A stretch of DNA of 42,339 bases. Source: Actinomycetota bacterium. GTDB taxonomy: Bacteria > Actinomycetota > Actinomycetes > S36-B12. The first letter of the stretch is position 1. Each line of letters opens with the position of its first letter. The DNA lies in assembly GCA_947499275.1 (NCBI GenBank), contig CANMNM010000001.1, positions 1 through 42,339 of the forward strand, read 5' to 3'. This document shows, one piece after another, positions 25,582 through 36,341 of this stretch. Below the pieces are notes generated by a model. That model made no database searches. It saw only the letters and a list, made by a program, of their open reading frames with translations, and had not been told where the DNA came from. The translations under genes were made by a program, and so were the position numbers.

Positions 25582-25653
25582 GCCTCTGTAGCTCAGTGGT
25601 AGAGCAACCGCCTTGTAAGCGGTAGGTCGTCAGTTCAATCCTGACCGGAGGCC
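25582..25653 (+). tRNA. tRNA-Thr (anticodon UGU)
   Basis: A hand-folded cloverleaf gives acceptor GCCTCTG/CGGAGGC, D stem GCTC/GAGC and anticodon stem ACCGC/GCGGT. The anticodon loop is CTTGTAA and the T arm is GTCAG-TTCAATC-CTGAC. CCA is not encoded. Confidence 0.9.
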
Positions 25654-25696
25654 CTGGGAGCAAATGCATGTGGACATTGCTAGATATGCTCGTTAA

Positions 25697-26833
25697 GTGG
25701 CGGTAGACCGACTCTATTCAGACCTTCTCCCCGGAGAAAACTTCAGTGGCGCACTGAGAATGCGGCCGGACGGCATCGGCTCGTATAAGCACATTGCTCG
25801 CGTTGCAATCGCCGCAACAATTGCATGGCTTATCGCAACCAATCTTTCCCAGAGCACACTCGGCATTTTCGCGCCAATTACGACCCTACTTGTTGTCCAA
25901 GCCTCGCCATGGTCCACTTTAGGAATTTCGGCACAGCGCATTGTAGGAACCGGCCTTGGTGTCTTAGGTGCGTCAATTTGGGTAAATCTGCTGGGACTTT
26001 CATGGTGGACATTCGGGGTTGGTGTTCTCATCTCGCTCATCATTGCGCGGCTGTTGCCATTTTCCGTGGGCGGCCAGATCCAAATTCCCATTGCGGTGAT
26101 CTTTGTTCTCGCAATTGGGCCGAATTCAATGGAGCAGGATTTGTGGCGGGTTCTTGACGTTGGCATCGGCGGTGTTGTCGGGATTGCGGCCGTACTGATC
26201 TGGCCAGCAAAACCACCCGTAGCATTATTTCTCAACTCCATGGCCAAGTACCGGGATGAAATCTATGGGGTACTCAAGGCAATCGGTAATGAATCGGGAA
26301 CCGATCTGCATGGCCGGGTTCACGACTACATTCCCCAAGCCCGCAATCTGCGTGACGGGGGTTTGCAGGCGCGTGAGCAACTGACCCAGGTTTCACAGGG
26401 CACACGAGTCAATTTGCGTGCTGGAAATATTCGCACCCAGCTTCCGCAATTTGCATTGTCACTGCGCCGTCTGTTGGGATTTGCAATTCAAGTGCGTGGA
26501 CTCGCCGGTGTGGCCGATGCACTTTATGACCGACGGTTGCCTGTGGCACTCACACCCGAGCATTTGAATGAACTCATCAACTCGCTATTGGAGCAAGCCC
26601 ACACCGTTATGGGCGGTCCGGGTGAGCCAATCGTGCTTTCTGGGGATGCGGGTGCAGTAGACACAAGTGATTTAGCAGGAATGATACGAGATACTGCTGC
26701 GAATTTCGTCGCTGAGTTTGGCGCTGTCCCTTCTTTGTTGGAGGCTATCGCCATGCTCGGTCGATTCGATTATTTGCGATCGCAGGTGCAGGCCTATGGA
26801 TCGGGTGCTCATATTTTCGACGAAGATCTGTGA
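25697..26833 (+). CDS. FUSC/aromatic acid exporter-like membrane protein
   Basis: An N-terminal polytopic region (RVAIAATIAWLIA...LLVVQ...QRIVGTGLGVLGA) is followed by a C-terminal soluble helical half. The start is GTG. Confidence 0.5.
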   Translation: MAVDRLYSDLLPGENFSGALRMRPDGIGSYKHIARVAIAATIAWLIATNLSQSTLGIFAPITTLLVVQASPWSTLGISAQRIVGTGLGVLGASIWVNLLGLSWWTFGVGVLISLIIARLLPFSVGGQIQIPIAVIFVLAIGPNSMEQDLWRVLDVGIGGVVGIAAVLIWPAKPPVALFLNSMAKYRDEIYGVLKAIGNESGTDLHGRVHDYIPQARNLRDGGLQAREQLTQVSQGTRVNLRAGNIRTQLPQFALSLRRLLGFAIQVRGLAGVADALYDRRLPVALTPEHLNELINSLLEQAHTVMGGPGEPIVLSGDAGAVDTSDLAGMIRDTAANFVAEFGAVPSLLEAIAMLGRFDYLRSQVQAYGSGAHIFDEDL

Positions 26834-26883
26834 GTCACCAAAAGCAATGCATTTCCAATCCGAGACCAACCGGTGGTGAGAAC

Positions 26884-27846
26884 TTACTTGTAATTGCGTG
26901 CGCGGAACATGTCCTGCAAAACAACCGATGCGGCGACGGAAGCATTTAACGATTCATTGCCCTTTGCCATTGGGATGTTGACCAACCAGTCGCAGCTCTC
27001 CTTGACCAGACGGGACAGACCGGCCCCCTCGGCGCCAATCACAATCACTACCGGGTCTCTCCACGTGTCGGCCTTGATTTCTTGCAGCGGTGTTGCGCCC
27101 TCGGCTGCAAGTCCGATCACGGTGAAACCAACCTTTTGAAGTGAGATCAGTGAGCGATTTAGGTTGGTGACTTGGGCAACCTTGATTCTTGTGAGCGCTC
27201 CAGCCGAAGACTTCCAAGCCGTCGCGGTCACACCAACACTGCGTCGCTCGGGGAGCAAGATTGCTTCGGCGCCAAATGCTGCGGCCGATCGAGAGATCGC
27301 TCCCAGGTTACGTGGGTCGGTGAGACCATCACAGGCAATAATGCAACGTGAGGATTCAATAGATTTAAGGTCCGCGTACTTGTATTCGGGGACAGTGAGA
27401 ACAAGTCCTTGGTGCACACCGCCGTCACTCATGCGATCCAATTCTGCGCGCGGGACTTCCATGAGCGGGATCCCCAAAGACACGGCAGTTTTCATAGCCT
27501 CGCGCCATCGGTCATCGGTATCTGCTTTTGACTGAACATAGAGAGCATTTGCGGGAACTTTCGCACGCAAAGCCTCAACGACGGAGTTGCGTCCCATGAG
27601 CAGACTGGCGACCCGGGCCTTAGTTCGCTCAACCCTGCGGCCACCACTTCCCTCAGGATTAGTTGCAGCGCGCCGTTCAGCCGCCTTCTTTTGCTTGGCC
27701 TTGGGGTGATGCGGGCGATCAACCGCTTTGGGTGTTGGTCCTCGACCACCGAGTTTGTCTTTGCGGTTTCCGCCAGAGCCCGTGCTTGCACCCTTCTTGG
27801 ACCCTGGGGTGCGCATTGCACCGCGACGTTGGGAGTTACCAGCCAT
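26884..27846 (-). CDS. rlmB: 23S rRNA (guanosine-2-prime-O)-methyltransferase RlmB (SpoU/TrmH family)
   Basis: A basic Gly/Arg-rich N-terminus is followed by SpoU motifs (DGLTDPRNLGAISRSA, IVIGAEGAGLS, IPMAKGNESLNASVA). It lies downstream of cysS as in other actinobacteria. Confidence 0.88.
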   Translation of the reverse strand: MAGNSQRRGAMRTPGSKKGASTGSGGNRKDKLGGRGPTPKAVDRPHHPKAKQKKAAERRAATNPEGSGGRRVERTKARVASLLMGRNSVVEALRAKVPANALYVQSKADTDDRWREAMKTAVSLGIPLMEVPRAELDRMSDGGVHQGLVLTVPEYKYADLKSIESSRCIIACDGLTDPRNLGAISRSAAAFGAEAILLPERRSVGVTATAWKSSAGALTRIKVAQVTNLNRSLISLQKVGFTVIGLAAEGATPLQEIKADTWRDPVVIVIGAEGAGLSRLVKESCDWLVNIPMAKGNESLNASVAASVVLQDMFRARNYK

Positions 27847-29273
27847 TAGTTCGATTCCTTAGATTGCGGGGCGCGAATACTAAATCGCACACCCTCTTTT
27901 GTGTCTTCAAGAGCGATGCCAATTCGATCCAGTTCATTACGAATCGCATCTGCTGCTTCAAAGTCTTTACGTGCGCGAGCATCGGCTCGTTGATCAATTG
28001 CCACCTGCACCAGTTGCCCGATAATTTCTTGGTTCCCTGACTGCTCTTGCTTCCATTGCGAATCTAGGGGGTTCATGCCCAGCACGTCGAGCATACTTAC
28101 AACAGAGATCAGATCCCCTCTGACCGCTTCGGCACTGCCATCTGCACTGCCCTCGGCAAGCTTGGTATTTGCCGCTCGGACAACCTCATGAATTACTGCG
28201 ATGGCATTGGGGACACCAAAGTCGTTGTTCATTTCAATGTCAAACTTCTCGGCGCGCGCAGTGCCGTCAACGTCAACTTCAGAAATATTCAGCGCTTCCA
28301 TCGCTCGGGTAATAAATCCACGAATTCTTTCAAAACCAATTCCTGCTTCTTGAACCGCTGAGTCGGAAAACTCCAACATGGAGCGGTAATGCGAGCCTGC
28401 CAAGTAGTAACGCAGGTGAAGTGCCGGAATGCGAGTGAGTACTTCACTCACTAACAGTGAATTGCCAAGTGACTTGCTCATTTTTTCACCGGCGGTCGTC
28501 ACCCAAGCGTTATGCATCCAGTACTGGGCGAACGGATCGCCTGCCGCTTTTGATTGTGCAATCTCGTTTTCGTGGTGCGGGAAAATCAAATCAATCCCGC
28601 CCCCGTGAATATCAAATGACGTGCCTAAATATTTACGAGCCATTGCTGAACATTCGATGTGCCAACCGGGACGACCAGGACCCCACGGCGTGTCCCAGTG
28701 TGGTTCATCTGGTTTTGCCGCTTTCCACATTGCAAAATCGCGTGGATCACGTTTACCGAGCGCAACCGCGTCATTGGCGGCTAACATGTCATCAATTTTT
28801 TGGCCGCTTAAAGATCCGTAGGAAGGATCCGAACGAACATCGAAGTAAACATCACCTGCTTGAGCGTATCCGTGATTCGCATCAATGATCTCCTGCATCA
28901 TGTCGATCATTTCGGGGATGTGACCGGTTGCGCGTGGCTCAGCCGTTGGCGGAAGACACCCGAGTGCGTCGTATGCGGCCGTGAATGCGCGTTCGTTTTT
29001 AAAGGCAACAACCCAATAAGGAACGTCATCGTGCCCAGCATTATGAATAATTTTGTCGTCAATGTCGGTCACGTTGCGGACGAATGTGACGCTATAGCCA
29101 GCGGCGGTAAGCCAACGCCGGACAACGTCAAAAGCAATTCCACTGCGAATATGACCAACATGCGGCGGGGCCTGAACCGTGGCCCCACACAGATATATGC
29201 CGACCTTGCCACTCTCAAGGGGCACAAAATCCCGCAGGGAGCGCGTTGACGTGTCATAAATCCGTAAAGTCAC
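27846..29273 (-). CDS. cysS: cysteine--tRNA ligase
   Basis: The HIGH-type motif PHVGHIRS, the KMSKS motif and the Zn-binding Cys/His pattern are present. The length is 475 aa. Confidence 0.97.
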   Translation of the reverse strand: MTLRIYDTSTRSLRDFVPLESGKVGIYLCGATVQAPPHVGHIRSGIAFDVVRRWLTAAGYSVTFVRNVTDIDDKIIHNAGHDDVPYWVVAFKNERAFTAAYDALGCLPPTAEPRATGHIPEMIDMMQEIIDANHGYAQAGDVYFDVRSDPSYGSLSGQKIDDMLAANDAVALGKRDPRDFAMWKAAKPDEPHWDTPWGPGRPGWHIECSAMARKYLGTSFDIHGGGIDLIFPHHENEIAQSKAAGDPFAQYWMHNAWVTTAGEKMSKSLGNSLLVSEVLTRIPALHLRYYLAGSHYRSMLEFSDSAVQEAGIGFERIRGFITRAMEALNISEVDVDGTARAEKFDIEMNNDFGVPNAIAVIHEVVRAANTKLAEGSADGSAEAVRGDLISVVSMLDVLGMNPLDSQWKQEQSGNQEIIGQLVQVAIDQRADARARKDFEAADAIRNELDRIGIALEDTKEGVRFSIRAPQSKESN

Positions 29274-29315
29274 TGTGCAAACATTACTAGTGCGCAGATT
29301 TGGGCTTGTAAACGC

Positions 29316-29798
29316 TTATTTTCCTATGACGCTGGCAACCGCAATTGCCGCGATTCCCTCACCACGGCCGGTGAGCCCAAGGCCATCGGTCGTGGTTCCC
29401 GAGACTCGAACGGGCGCACCGATGGCGGCGCTGAGGACGTCCTCGGCCTCTTGCCTTCGAGTTCCCACTTTTGGTGAGTTGCCAATTACTTGGACGCAGA
29501 CGTTCACAATTGAGAATTGATGCCCGTTAACCAACTGAGCAACATGGGACACCAGACTCACACCGGAAGCGTCGGCCCATTGCGGATCCCCCGTTCCAAA
29601 AACTGCGCCAAGATCCCCAAGCCCCGCTGCCGATAAAAGCGCGTCGCAAATTGCGTGAGATGCGACGTCAGCGTCCGAGTGACCGTCGAGTCCTGGCTCA
29701 CCGGGCCAAAGCAGACCGGCAATCCACAATGGTCGACCGGGAGCGAACGCATGCACGTCCGTGCCAATACCTACGAACGGGTATTTAGGTGATGACAC
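29316..29798 (-). CDS. ispF: 2-C-methyl-D-erythritol 2,4-cyclodiphosphate synthase
   Basis: The motifs [27 protein letters not shown] and [17 protein letters not shown] are present. The GTG start at 29798 overlaps the end of ispD; the tracked ORF extends to 29846. Confidence 0.9.
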   Translation of the reverse strand: MSSPKYPFVGIGTDVHAFAPGRPLWIAGLLWPGEPGLDGHSDADVASHAICDALLSAAGLGDLGAVFGTGDPQWADASGVSLVSHVAQLVNGHQFSIVNVCVQVIGNSPKVGTRRQEAEDVLSAAIGAPVRVSGTTTDGLGLTGRGEGIAAIAVASVIGK

Positions 29799-30495
29799 CG
29801 CTTGCCCTTCTTTTGGCAATAATTGTTTCAGCGATTGCAAGATCAAATGGCCGAGTTATTTTCATTGCTTCAATATGGCCTTCAATCACTTTCACAGTGA
29901 TTCCCATCGCTTCGACGAGTCCAGCGTCATCAGTAAATATGCCTTGGGATTCATCGAGTTGCGCGTGAGCCCGCTGCAATAGTTCACGATCAAATCCTTG
30001 TGGGGTTTGAATTGCACGCAGCGAATTACGATCAATTGTTGAAAGTACGTCACCATCACTATTGACTTCTTTGATGGTGTCTGTTACTGCCAACCCAGGA
30101 ACCACCGCCGGATTTCCCGCTCGAACCGCGGCAACAATGGCAGTTACCAATTCAACGGGGACCAGCGGACGAGCCGCATCATGAACGAGCACCACGTCAA
30201 CATCTGCAGGTAGTGCGATGAGCGCCCGGGCAACGGATTCCTGCCGAGTATCACCACCGGCAACCACACTGACTTTGTCAGAAAAACTTTGCTGGGCAAG
30301 AAGTGCGCTCACAGATTCAACGTCACCGGGCGGGGCGGCCACAACAACAAGATCAACACTTCGCGCGGACGCCAGCACACTGACTGCATAGATGAGAATG
30401 GGAACACCGGAAATCTCGCGTAAGGCTTTGGGCTCTCCCGGACCAAGTCGTTCACCTCGACCAGCCGCCGGAACAAGTGCCGCGGTGCGATTCAC
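29785..30495 (-). CDS. ispD: 2-C-methyl-D-erythritol 4-phosphate cytidylyltransferase
   Basis: The motifs [24 protein letters not shown] and IQTPQGF are present. Confidence 0.92.
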   Translation of the reverse strand: MNRTAALVPAAGRGERLGPGEPKALREISGVPILIYAVSVLASARSVDLVVVAAPPGDVESVSALLAQQSFSDKVSVVAGGDTRQESVARALIALPADVDVVLVHDAARPLVPVELVTAIVAAVRAGNPAVVPGLAVTDTIKEVNSDGDVLSTIDRNSLRAIQTPQGFDRELLQRAHAQLDESQGIFTDDAGLVEAMGITVKVIEGHIEAMKITRPFDLAIAETIIAKRRASGVIT

Positions 30496-30508
30496 TTTCC
30501 CAACTCTC

Positions 30509-30991
30509 TTAGGAAGCTAAGACCTCATCAAGTATTTCTTCAGCCTTTACTTCATTGGTTTTTTCAGCCAATGCAAGTTCGCTCACCAGGATCTGGCGGG
30601 CTTTAGCCAACATGCGCTTCTCGCCTGCGGAAAGTCCACGATCCTGCTCGCGACGCCACAGGTCACGAACCACTTCAGCTACCTTGATGACATCACCTGA
30701 TGAAAGTTTTTCGAGATTGGCCTTGTAGCGACGGCTCCAGTTTGTGGGTTCCTCGGTGTATGGCTGTCGAAGCACGCTGAACACTCGATCCAGTCCTGCT
30801 GCGTCAACAACGTCACGAACACCAACTAAGTCGACATTGTCTGAGGGGACTCGAACAGTGAGATCCCCTTGGGCTACGCGGAGTACCAAGTACTCGCGAT
30901 CCTCACCCTTGATTGTCCGCATTTCGACCGCTTCGATGAGTGCGGCCCCGTGATGGGGATAAACGACAGTTTCGCCGACCTTAAAAGCCAT
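30509..30991 (-). CDS. carD: CarD family RNA-polymerase-binding transcription regulator
   Basis: The N-terminus is [39 protein letters not shown]. The length is 160 aa and the gene lies upstream of ispD. Confidence 0.95.
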   Translation of the reverse strand: MAFKVGETVVYPHHGAALIEAVEMRTIKGEDREYLVLRVAQGDLTVRVPSDNVDLVGVRDVVDAAGLDRVFSVLRQPYTEEPTNWSRRYKANLEKLSSGDVIKVAEVVRDLWRREQDRGLSAGEKRMLAKARQILVSELALAEKTNEVKAEEILDEVLAS

Positions 30992-31116
30992 ATGGATGAG
31001 CCCCTTTCAGAGAGCCCAACTTTACCACGGTGACTTCAGCCCGCCTTCGGCAGTGAGAGGCTCCCCTAAGTGCATGAGGGAATCCCCAGCGCGAATGGAG
31101 CGCGCCTAGGCCATCC

Positions 31117-31644
31117 TTGTATCCTGACGCTGTGAAGCGACCCGTCGAGATTTACCGCCCAGCCAGACTCCGACCCATTTATGTGGCGGCTGCCGGACTC
31201 ACCCTGCTTTCGCTGTCCCTCACGGGCTGCTACAACGGCCAACAGGCCACCACCAATGTGCAAGCAACCCAGCCTTCGGGGAACGGGAATACCCTGCGTG
31301 CTGGGCAAATGACGGTTGATAATGCAACCCTCGTCCAAGACGAAGCAGGCAATGCCACGATCCTCATGCGAATCACCAATCAAGGCCTCGAATCTGACAT
31401 ATTGATCGCTGCCGCGGTGGGTGACCAGCCCGCAACGATCACCCCTGGGCAAGTTGAGATTGCACCGGGTGAGTCAATTTCATTTGCCTGGGATGCTACG
31501 CATTTTGTGAATCTCCCAGGACTCAACGCAACGATGAGTTCCTACGTTCCATTGGGGCTTCAGTTTGCCACTGCCGGCATTGCCGAGAGTGACATCTTGG
31601 TTGTTCCACCAACCGGCATCTATGCCGGCATCCTGCCCCAGTAA
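31117..31644 (+). CDS. lpqE: LpqE-like lipoprotein
   Basis: The lipobox LSLTGC is present. The gene is divergent from carD, as lpqE (Rv3584) is in M. tuberculosis. The start is uncertain (GTG at 31132 is possible). Confidence 0.6.
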   Translation: MYPDAVKRPVEIYRPARLRPIYVAAAGLTLLSLSLTGCYNGQQATTNVQATQPSGNGNTLRAGQMTVDNATLVQDEAGNATILMRITNQGLESDILIAAAVGDQPATITPGQVEIAPGESISFAWDATHFVNLPGLNATMSSYVPLGLQFATAGIAESDILVVPPTGIYAGILPQ

Positions 31645-31654
31645 CGGAACCTAC

Positions 31655-32398
31655 TTAAACGTACGAGGCAACAATCACGGTCAAAATAGGCGCAATAATC
31701 AGTGCCGGCAGTAAATCAGCAACGGCAACGGACTTGATTCGCAGGATCCTCAGGCCCACCCCGATCAATAGCACTCCGCCGGTTGCAGTGATCGAGGCAA
31801 TCATTGCGCTCGACAGGAATGGTCCAACAAATACAGCAAGGATTGTGAAAAATCCTTGAACAACGCCTACAGAGATCGCCGCGGCCATTACCCCCCAGCC
31901 GAATGTGGCTGCGAAAGCAATTGATGTGAAACCATCAAGGGAAGCCTTAAGGGCCAACTGGTCAATTCCGGTGCCGAGTCCGTCCGAGAGAGCGCCGAGA
32001 ATCGCAAGTGGCCCGATACAGAAAATCAAACTCGCGTCGACGAAACCTTCAATGAATCGAGCCCGGCCTACCGACCTTTCACCCCGTGAAAATTTAGTCT
32101 GAAACCATCCACCAACAGATTCAAGGCGAGATTCAATGCGAAGAAATGAGCCGAGAATTCCACCAATGATTAATGAGGCCAAAACAATAAGCAGCGTGGC
32201 AGAGCCGCCAACTTCATCTATCCAATCTTGGTCCCTCAGCGCGTAAATATTCAGCGCAGCAATGACAAAAACCACCATGCCGAGGGCGTCCGTGACGACA
32301 TCACGGGTTCGTTCAGGAAGTCGGTGACCCAAACCAACACCGATGAGTGATCCAATAACAATTGCAACAATATTGATGACGGTGCCAAGACCTACCAC
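31655..32398 (-). CDS. DUF554 family membrane protein
   Basis: The N-terminus GLGTVINIVAIVIGSLIGVGLGHRLPERTRDVV is typical of DUF554, and the protein is polytopic. Confidence 0.7.
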   Translation of the reverse strand: MVGLGTVINIVAIVIGSLIGVGLGHRLPERTRDVVTDALGMVVFVIAALNIYALRDQDWIDEVGGSATLLIVLASLIIGGILGSFLRIESRLESVGGWFQTKFSRGERSVGRARFIEGFVDASLIFCIGPLAILGALSDGLGTGIDQLALKASLDGFTSIAFAATFGWGVMAAAISVGVVQGFFTILAVFVGPFLSSAMIASITATGGVLLIGVGLRILRIKSVAVADLLPALIIAPILTVIVASYV

Positions 32399-32427
32399 AG
32401 GAGAATCACAAATTAAAGGTTATCAAA

Positions 32428-33108
32428 CTAGATATCGAACTTGTATCCCAATCCGCGAACGGTATGAATGTGACTCGGATGTGAGGGATCTACCTCGATT
32501 TTTGCTCGTAAACGTTTGATATGAACGTCAAGTGTCTTGGTGTCACCGACGTAATCTGCTCCCCAGACGCGATCAATGAGCTGGTTACGAGTGAGTACTC
32601 TGCCCGAATTTCGCACTAGGAATTCCAGGAGGTCAAATTCCTTGAGAGGCATAGTGACATGCTCTCCGCGAACAGAGACAACATGACGCTCAATGTCTAT
32701 GAGTACCGTTCCAGCTTCGATCGTTGGCGGCAGCAGTTCATCTTGTTCGCCGTTGCGGCGCAGAACGGCGCGCACTCGTGCCAAAAGTTCACGTGATGAA
32801 AAAGGTTTGGTTACATAGTCGTCAGCACCAAGTTCCAAACCAACAACTTTGTCAACTTCACCATCTTTTGCCGTCAGCATAATGATGGGAACAGTTGATT
32901 TGCCGCGAATGATTCGGCACACTTCGGTACCAGAAATCCCGGGGAGCATTAAGTCAAGGAGTACCAAATCTGGTCCGTGCTTGTCGAACTCTGCAACTGC
33001 AGCATTTCCATCTGCGGCGATAAAGACTTCGTAACCTTCACGGCGCAACATGAAAGACAGTGCGTCCGAGAATGAGTCTTCGTCTTCAACAATAAGTACT
33101 CGCGTCAC
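32428..33108 (-). CDS. regX3: OmpR-family response regulator RegX3
   Basis: The receiver domain has VLIVEDE...DLVLLDLMLPG and the C-terminal winged helix ends in RGLGYKF. The gene overlaps the upstream histidine kinase gene by 4 nt. Confidence 0.9.
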   Translation of the reverse strand: MTRVLIVEDEDSFSDALSFMLRREGYEVFIAADGNAAVAEFDKHGPDLVLLDLMLPGISGTEVCRIIRGKSTVPIIMLTAKDGEVDKVVGLELGADDYVTKPFSSRELLARVRAVLRRNGEQDELLPPTIEAGTVLIDIERHVVSVRGEHVTMPLKEFDLLEFLVRNSGRVLTRNQLIDRVWGADYVGDTKTLDVHIKRLRAKIEVDPSHPSHIHTVRGLGYKFDI

Positions 33109-34361
33109 GAAATTTTACCTCTCACCACGGAAAGAGTATCGACCGTGAACTCATGTGAATCACGTGAGTCGTCAAGCATCGGGTTGTAGGAAGGAATTCG
33201 CAGGGTAAATGTTGAGCCTGTTCCCACTTCAGACCACACAACAACTTCACCTCCATGGTTTTGGCAAACATGTTTCACGATGGCCAAGCCAAGACCGGTT
33301 CCACCCGTACCGCGTGAGCGAGCGGGGTCAACCCGGTAGAAGCGTTCAAATATTCGGTCCAAGTCATGTGCGGGAATACCAATGCCGGCGTCTTTCACCG
33401 AGATTTCTACAATCCCATCAACTTCGCGCGCGGTTACTGAAACACGCGTGTTTTCCGTCGAGTAATTGATTGCATTTGTCAGCAAATTGCGCAGGGCTGT
33501 AAGGAGTTGACCCCGATCCCCCAAAATCACGGACTCCTGGGGGTCGCCCCGAATAATCTCAACACCCATTCCACCAGCAAGAGTTTTGACCTCCTCGATC
33601 GACCGATTGATCAATTGATCAGTCTCAACCAACTCAGCGCGGTTCATCGGGTCATCACTTTGAAGCCGCGAAAGATCAATAACGTCTTGGATCAGGTTCC
33701 CGAGTCGCTTTGCCTCCACTTGCATTTTCTCCGCGAAGTGTTCAACCTGCTCCTTGTCATCCGCAGAAGACAACACCGCTTCAGCGAGGAGTGAGAGTGC
33801 ACCAACGGGAGTTTTCAATTCGTGGCTGACGTTGGCAACAAAATCACGTCGTACAGCATCGACTCGACGCTCTTCAGCCAAGTCGTCAATCAACACCAAG
33901 ATGGCTCCCGAGTTGAGAGGAGCAACCCGAACCTTTACTTCGAGTAATTCACGACCCAGTGGAGGGCGGCGTACACGTAGAACCTGCTCGCGAGCTGAGC
34001 CGTCATCGGCGACCTGTGAAACTATTTCGGCAATATCGGGGACCGCGACCGAGCTGCGGTTCACAATTCCTAAGGTGAGCGCCCGGGAACTGGCCCGAAG
34101 TACGGTGCCGTCAGGGGCCACCACGAGAGAAGCTGAGGGAATGATCGACAGAAGTCGCACAATTTCCTCTGAGACCGCGGGGTAGATCGCCGCCGAGCGT
34201 GGGGAGTTTTCCCCCGGCTCACCTCGTTGTTTTAACGCCACGACCCTTACCATAGGGCTCTGGGAGAACACTATTTCCAAAAAGTGGCCAGACACGTGAG
34301 AGTTAGGCCAAGGTTTCACCAACTGAACCTGGAATTTACCTGCCGTTTGCTTGCCGGTCAC
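33105..34361 (-). CDS. senX3: sensor histidine kinase SenX3
   Basis: The H-box FVANVSHELKTP and the N, G1 and G2 boxes (NAINYS, DAGIGI, GGTGLGLAIV) are present. The start is uncertain; ATG at 34253 is an alternative. Confidence 0.85.
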   Translation of the reverse strand: MTGKQTAGKFQVQLVKPWPNSHVSGHFLEIVFSQSPMVRVVALKQRGEPGENSPRSAAIYPAVSEEIVRLLSIIPSASLVVAPDGTVLRASSRALTLGIVNRSSVAVPDIAEIVSQVADDGSAREQVLRVRRPPLGRELLEVKVRVAPLNSGAILVLIDDLAEERRVDAVRRDFVANVSHELKTPVGALSLLAEAVLSSADDKEQVEHFAEKMQVEAKRLGNLIQDVIDLSRLQSDDPMNRAELVETDQLINRSIEEVKTLAGGMGVEIIRGDPQESVILGDRGQLLTALRNLLTNAINYSTENTRVSVTAREVDGIVEISVKDAGIGIPAHDLDRIFERFYRVDPARSRGTGGTGLGLAIVKHVCQNHGGEVVVWSEVGTGSTFTLRIPSYNPMLDDSRDSHEFTVDTLSVVRGKIS

Positions 34362-34426
34362 TTACCGTGTTCGCGCATCTCAACAATGGGCGTAGGGTTA
34401 GAGCCCTGAGAGGAAGTGGGGCGAGT

Positions 34427-35086
34427 ATGCGTAAGGCCTATGACGAGCAGGTTGAAATGATAACTGCCGACCTGGTCGAAGTAACGCGACTTGTCGGTTC
34501 AGCGATGAACAGGGCAACCCAAGCACTGCTTGATGCTGACCTTCAATTGGCTGAGGCTGTTATTGATTTTGATGCCAAAGTTGACATATTGACTTCCGGC
34601 ATTGACGAGAGGTGCTTTGAACTCATTGCACAGCAACCCGGCGTTGCCGACCTTCGAGTGCTTCTCGGCGCTATGCGCATCTCCAGTTCCCTTGAACGTA
34701 TGGGCGATCTCGCCGAGCACGTTGCCAAGCAGGCCCGAATGCGTCACCCAAGGGTTGCCGCACCTCAAGCAGTTCGCGCAACATTTGCCGAGATGGGTGG
34801 TCTTGCTGAGGCCATTGTTTCAAAGACCGGATCAGTTATTGCCACAAAAGATGTCAGTCTTTGTGTTGATATAGCCCGCCACGATGAAGAGATGGATCGC
34901 CTCCATCGGGAACTTTTCACCATCGTTCTCTCACCTGCGTGGAAGTACGGCGTTGAAGAAGCGATCGATGTGACTTTGCTTTCTCGCTTCTACGAGCGTT
35001 ATGCAGATCATGCCGTTTCCGTGTCAAAGCGCGTGGTAACCATCGTTACCGGCGAACCCTACGTCGCCGTTTCGCTCACGAATTAG
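34427..35086 (+). CDS. phoU: phosphate signalling regulator PhoU
   Basis: Two PhoU repeats carry ERMGDLAEH and ERYADHA motifs. The ATG at 34427 is preceded by GAGGAAG. The gene is divergent from senX3. Confidence 0.9.
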   Translation: MRKAYDEQVEMITADLVEVTRLVGSAMNRATQALLDADLQLAEAVIDFDAKVDILTSGIDERCFELIAQQPGVADLRVLLGAMRISSSLERMGDLAEHVAKQARMRHPRVAAPQAVRATFAEMGGLAEAIVSKTGSVIATKDVSLCVDIARHDEEMDRLHRELFTIVLSPAWKYGVEEAIDVTLLSRFYERYADHAVSVSKRVVTIVTGEPYVAVSLTN

Positions 35087-35096
35087 GTTCTTGTAA

Positions 35097-36341
35097 ATGC
35101 GCGTTGCACTGCTCTCCATCCACACGTCACCTCTTGATCAGCCGGGTACCGGTGACGCGGGTGGCATGAATGTTTACATTGTGGAGACCGCAAAGCGCTT
35201 AGCTCAAAGTGGGATTGAAATTGACATTTTTACTCGGGCAACTGCCTCACGATTGGTTCCATCAGTTGAACTAGTGCCCGGTGTGAAGGTGATTCACATT
35301 ACTGCGGGTCCCTTTGAAGGGCTCCTCAAAAACGATCTTCCCGGTCAGTTGTGTGCTGTTACGGCTGGAGTACTTCGCACGGAAGCCGCGCAACCTGAGG
35401 GCTATTACGACCTCATCCACTCCCACTATTGGCTCTCAGGCCAAGTTGGGTGGCTCGCCTCCGAACGATGGCGCGTGCCACTGCTTCACACAATGCACAC
35501 AATGGGCCGTGTGAAAAACTTGGGACTCGCAGCTGGCGAAAAGGCCGAGCCAGAAATGCGGATTATTGGTGAACAGCAGGTTGTCGATGTAGCTCAACGC
35601 CTGATTGCAAACACCGAACTTGAAGCGAACGAACTCACTGAATATTACAGCGCAGATCCAGCAAAAATCGATGTCGTGAATCCTGGTGTTGACCTGGAAC
35701 TTTTTTCTCCCGGATCACAATCGGACGCTCGCAAGGAACTCGGTATCCCACTCGATGCCAGCATGTTGCTTTTTGTTGGACGAATTCAACCATTAAAAGC
35801 TCCCGACATTTTGATTCGAGCTGCAGCAGAACTCGTTGCTATGCGGCCTGAATTGCGCAGTTCCCTTGTTGTCGTGATTTGCGGTGGCATGTCCGGTTCC
35901 GGGATGGACCACCCCGAAGCCCTACGAGACCTCGCTAACGAACTGGGGATCCTTGAATTAATTCGATTCGAACCACCGAGCAGCCGGGAGAAACTTGTTT
36001 CTTGGTATCGCGCGGCTGATCTCACCGTTATTCCGTCGTACTCTGAATCATTTGGCCTCGTCGCAGTCGAATCCCAAGCGTGCGGCACCCCCGTTGTCGC
36101 ATCTGCCGTTGGCGGTTTGAAAACTGCAGTGGCCGACAACGTCAGCGGCCGGCTCATCGATGGCCACAACCCGATCGCTTACTCACATGTCATTAACCAA
36201 CTACTAACGAATCCGTTGGCTCGCGAGGAACTCAGCAAAGGGGCCCGGGTGCACGCCGCGGCTTTTGGCTGGGAAAACACGACTGCGGGCTTAATCGATT
36301 CCTATAACCGGGCACTAAGTAACTCACGGGTTTCCCTGTGA
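35097..36341 (+). CDS. mshA: D-inositol-3-phosphate glycosyltransferase (mycothiol biosynthesis)
   Basis: The N-terminus reads VALLSIHTSPLDQPGTGDAGGMNVY. The GT4 C-terminal motif is PSYSESFGLVAVESQACGTPVVA. Confidence 0.9.
   Translation: MRVALLSIHTSPLDQPGTGDAGGMNVYIVETAKRLAQSGIEIDIFTRATASRLVPSVELVPGVKVIHITAGPFEGLLKNDLPGQLCAVTAGVLRTEAAQPEGYYDLIHSHYWLSGQVGWLASERWRVPLLHTMHTMGRVKNLGLAAGEKAEPEMRIIGEQQVVDVAQRLIANTELEANELTEYYSADPAKIDVVNPGVDLELFSPGSQSDARKELGIPLDASMLLFVGRIQPLKAPDILIRAAAELVAMRPELRSSLVVVICGGMSGSGMDHPEALRDLANELGILELIRFEPPSSREKLVSWYRAADLTVIPSYSESFGLVAVESQACGTPVVASAVGGLKTAVADNVSGRLIDGHNPIAYSHVINQLLTNPLAREELSKGARVHAAAFGWENTTAGLIDSYNRALSNSRVSL

Noticed and set aside
31066-31452. A 128-aa ORF on the minus strand upstream of carD.
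   Set aside because: It is antisense to the lipobox-containing LpqE-like gene, which fits the conserved carD-lpqE synteny. Its translation has no features.
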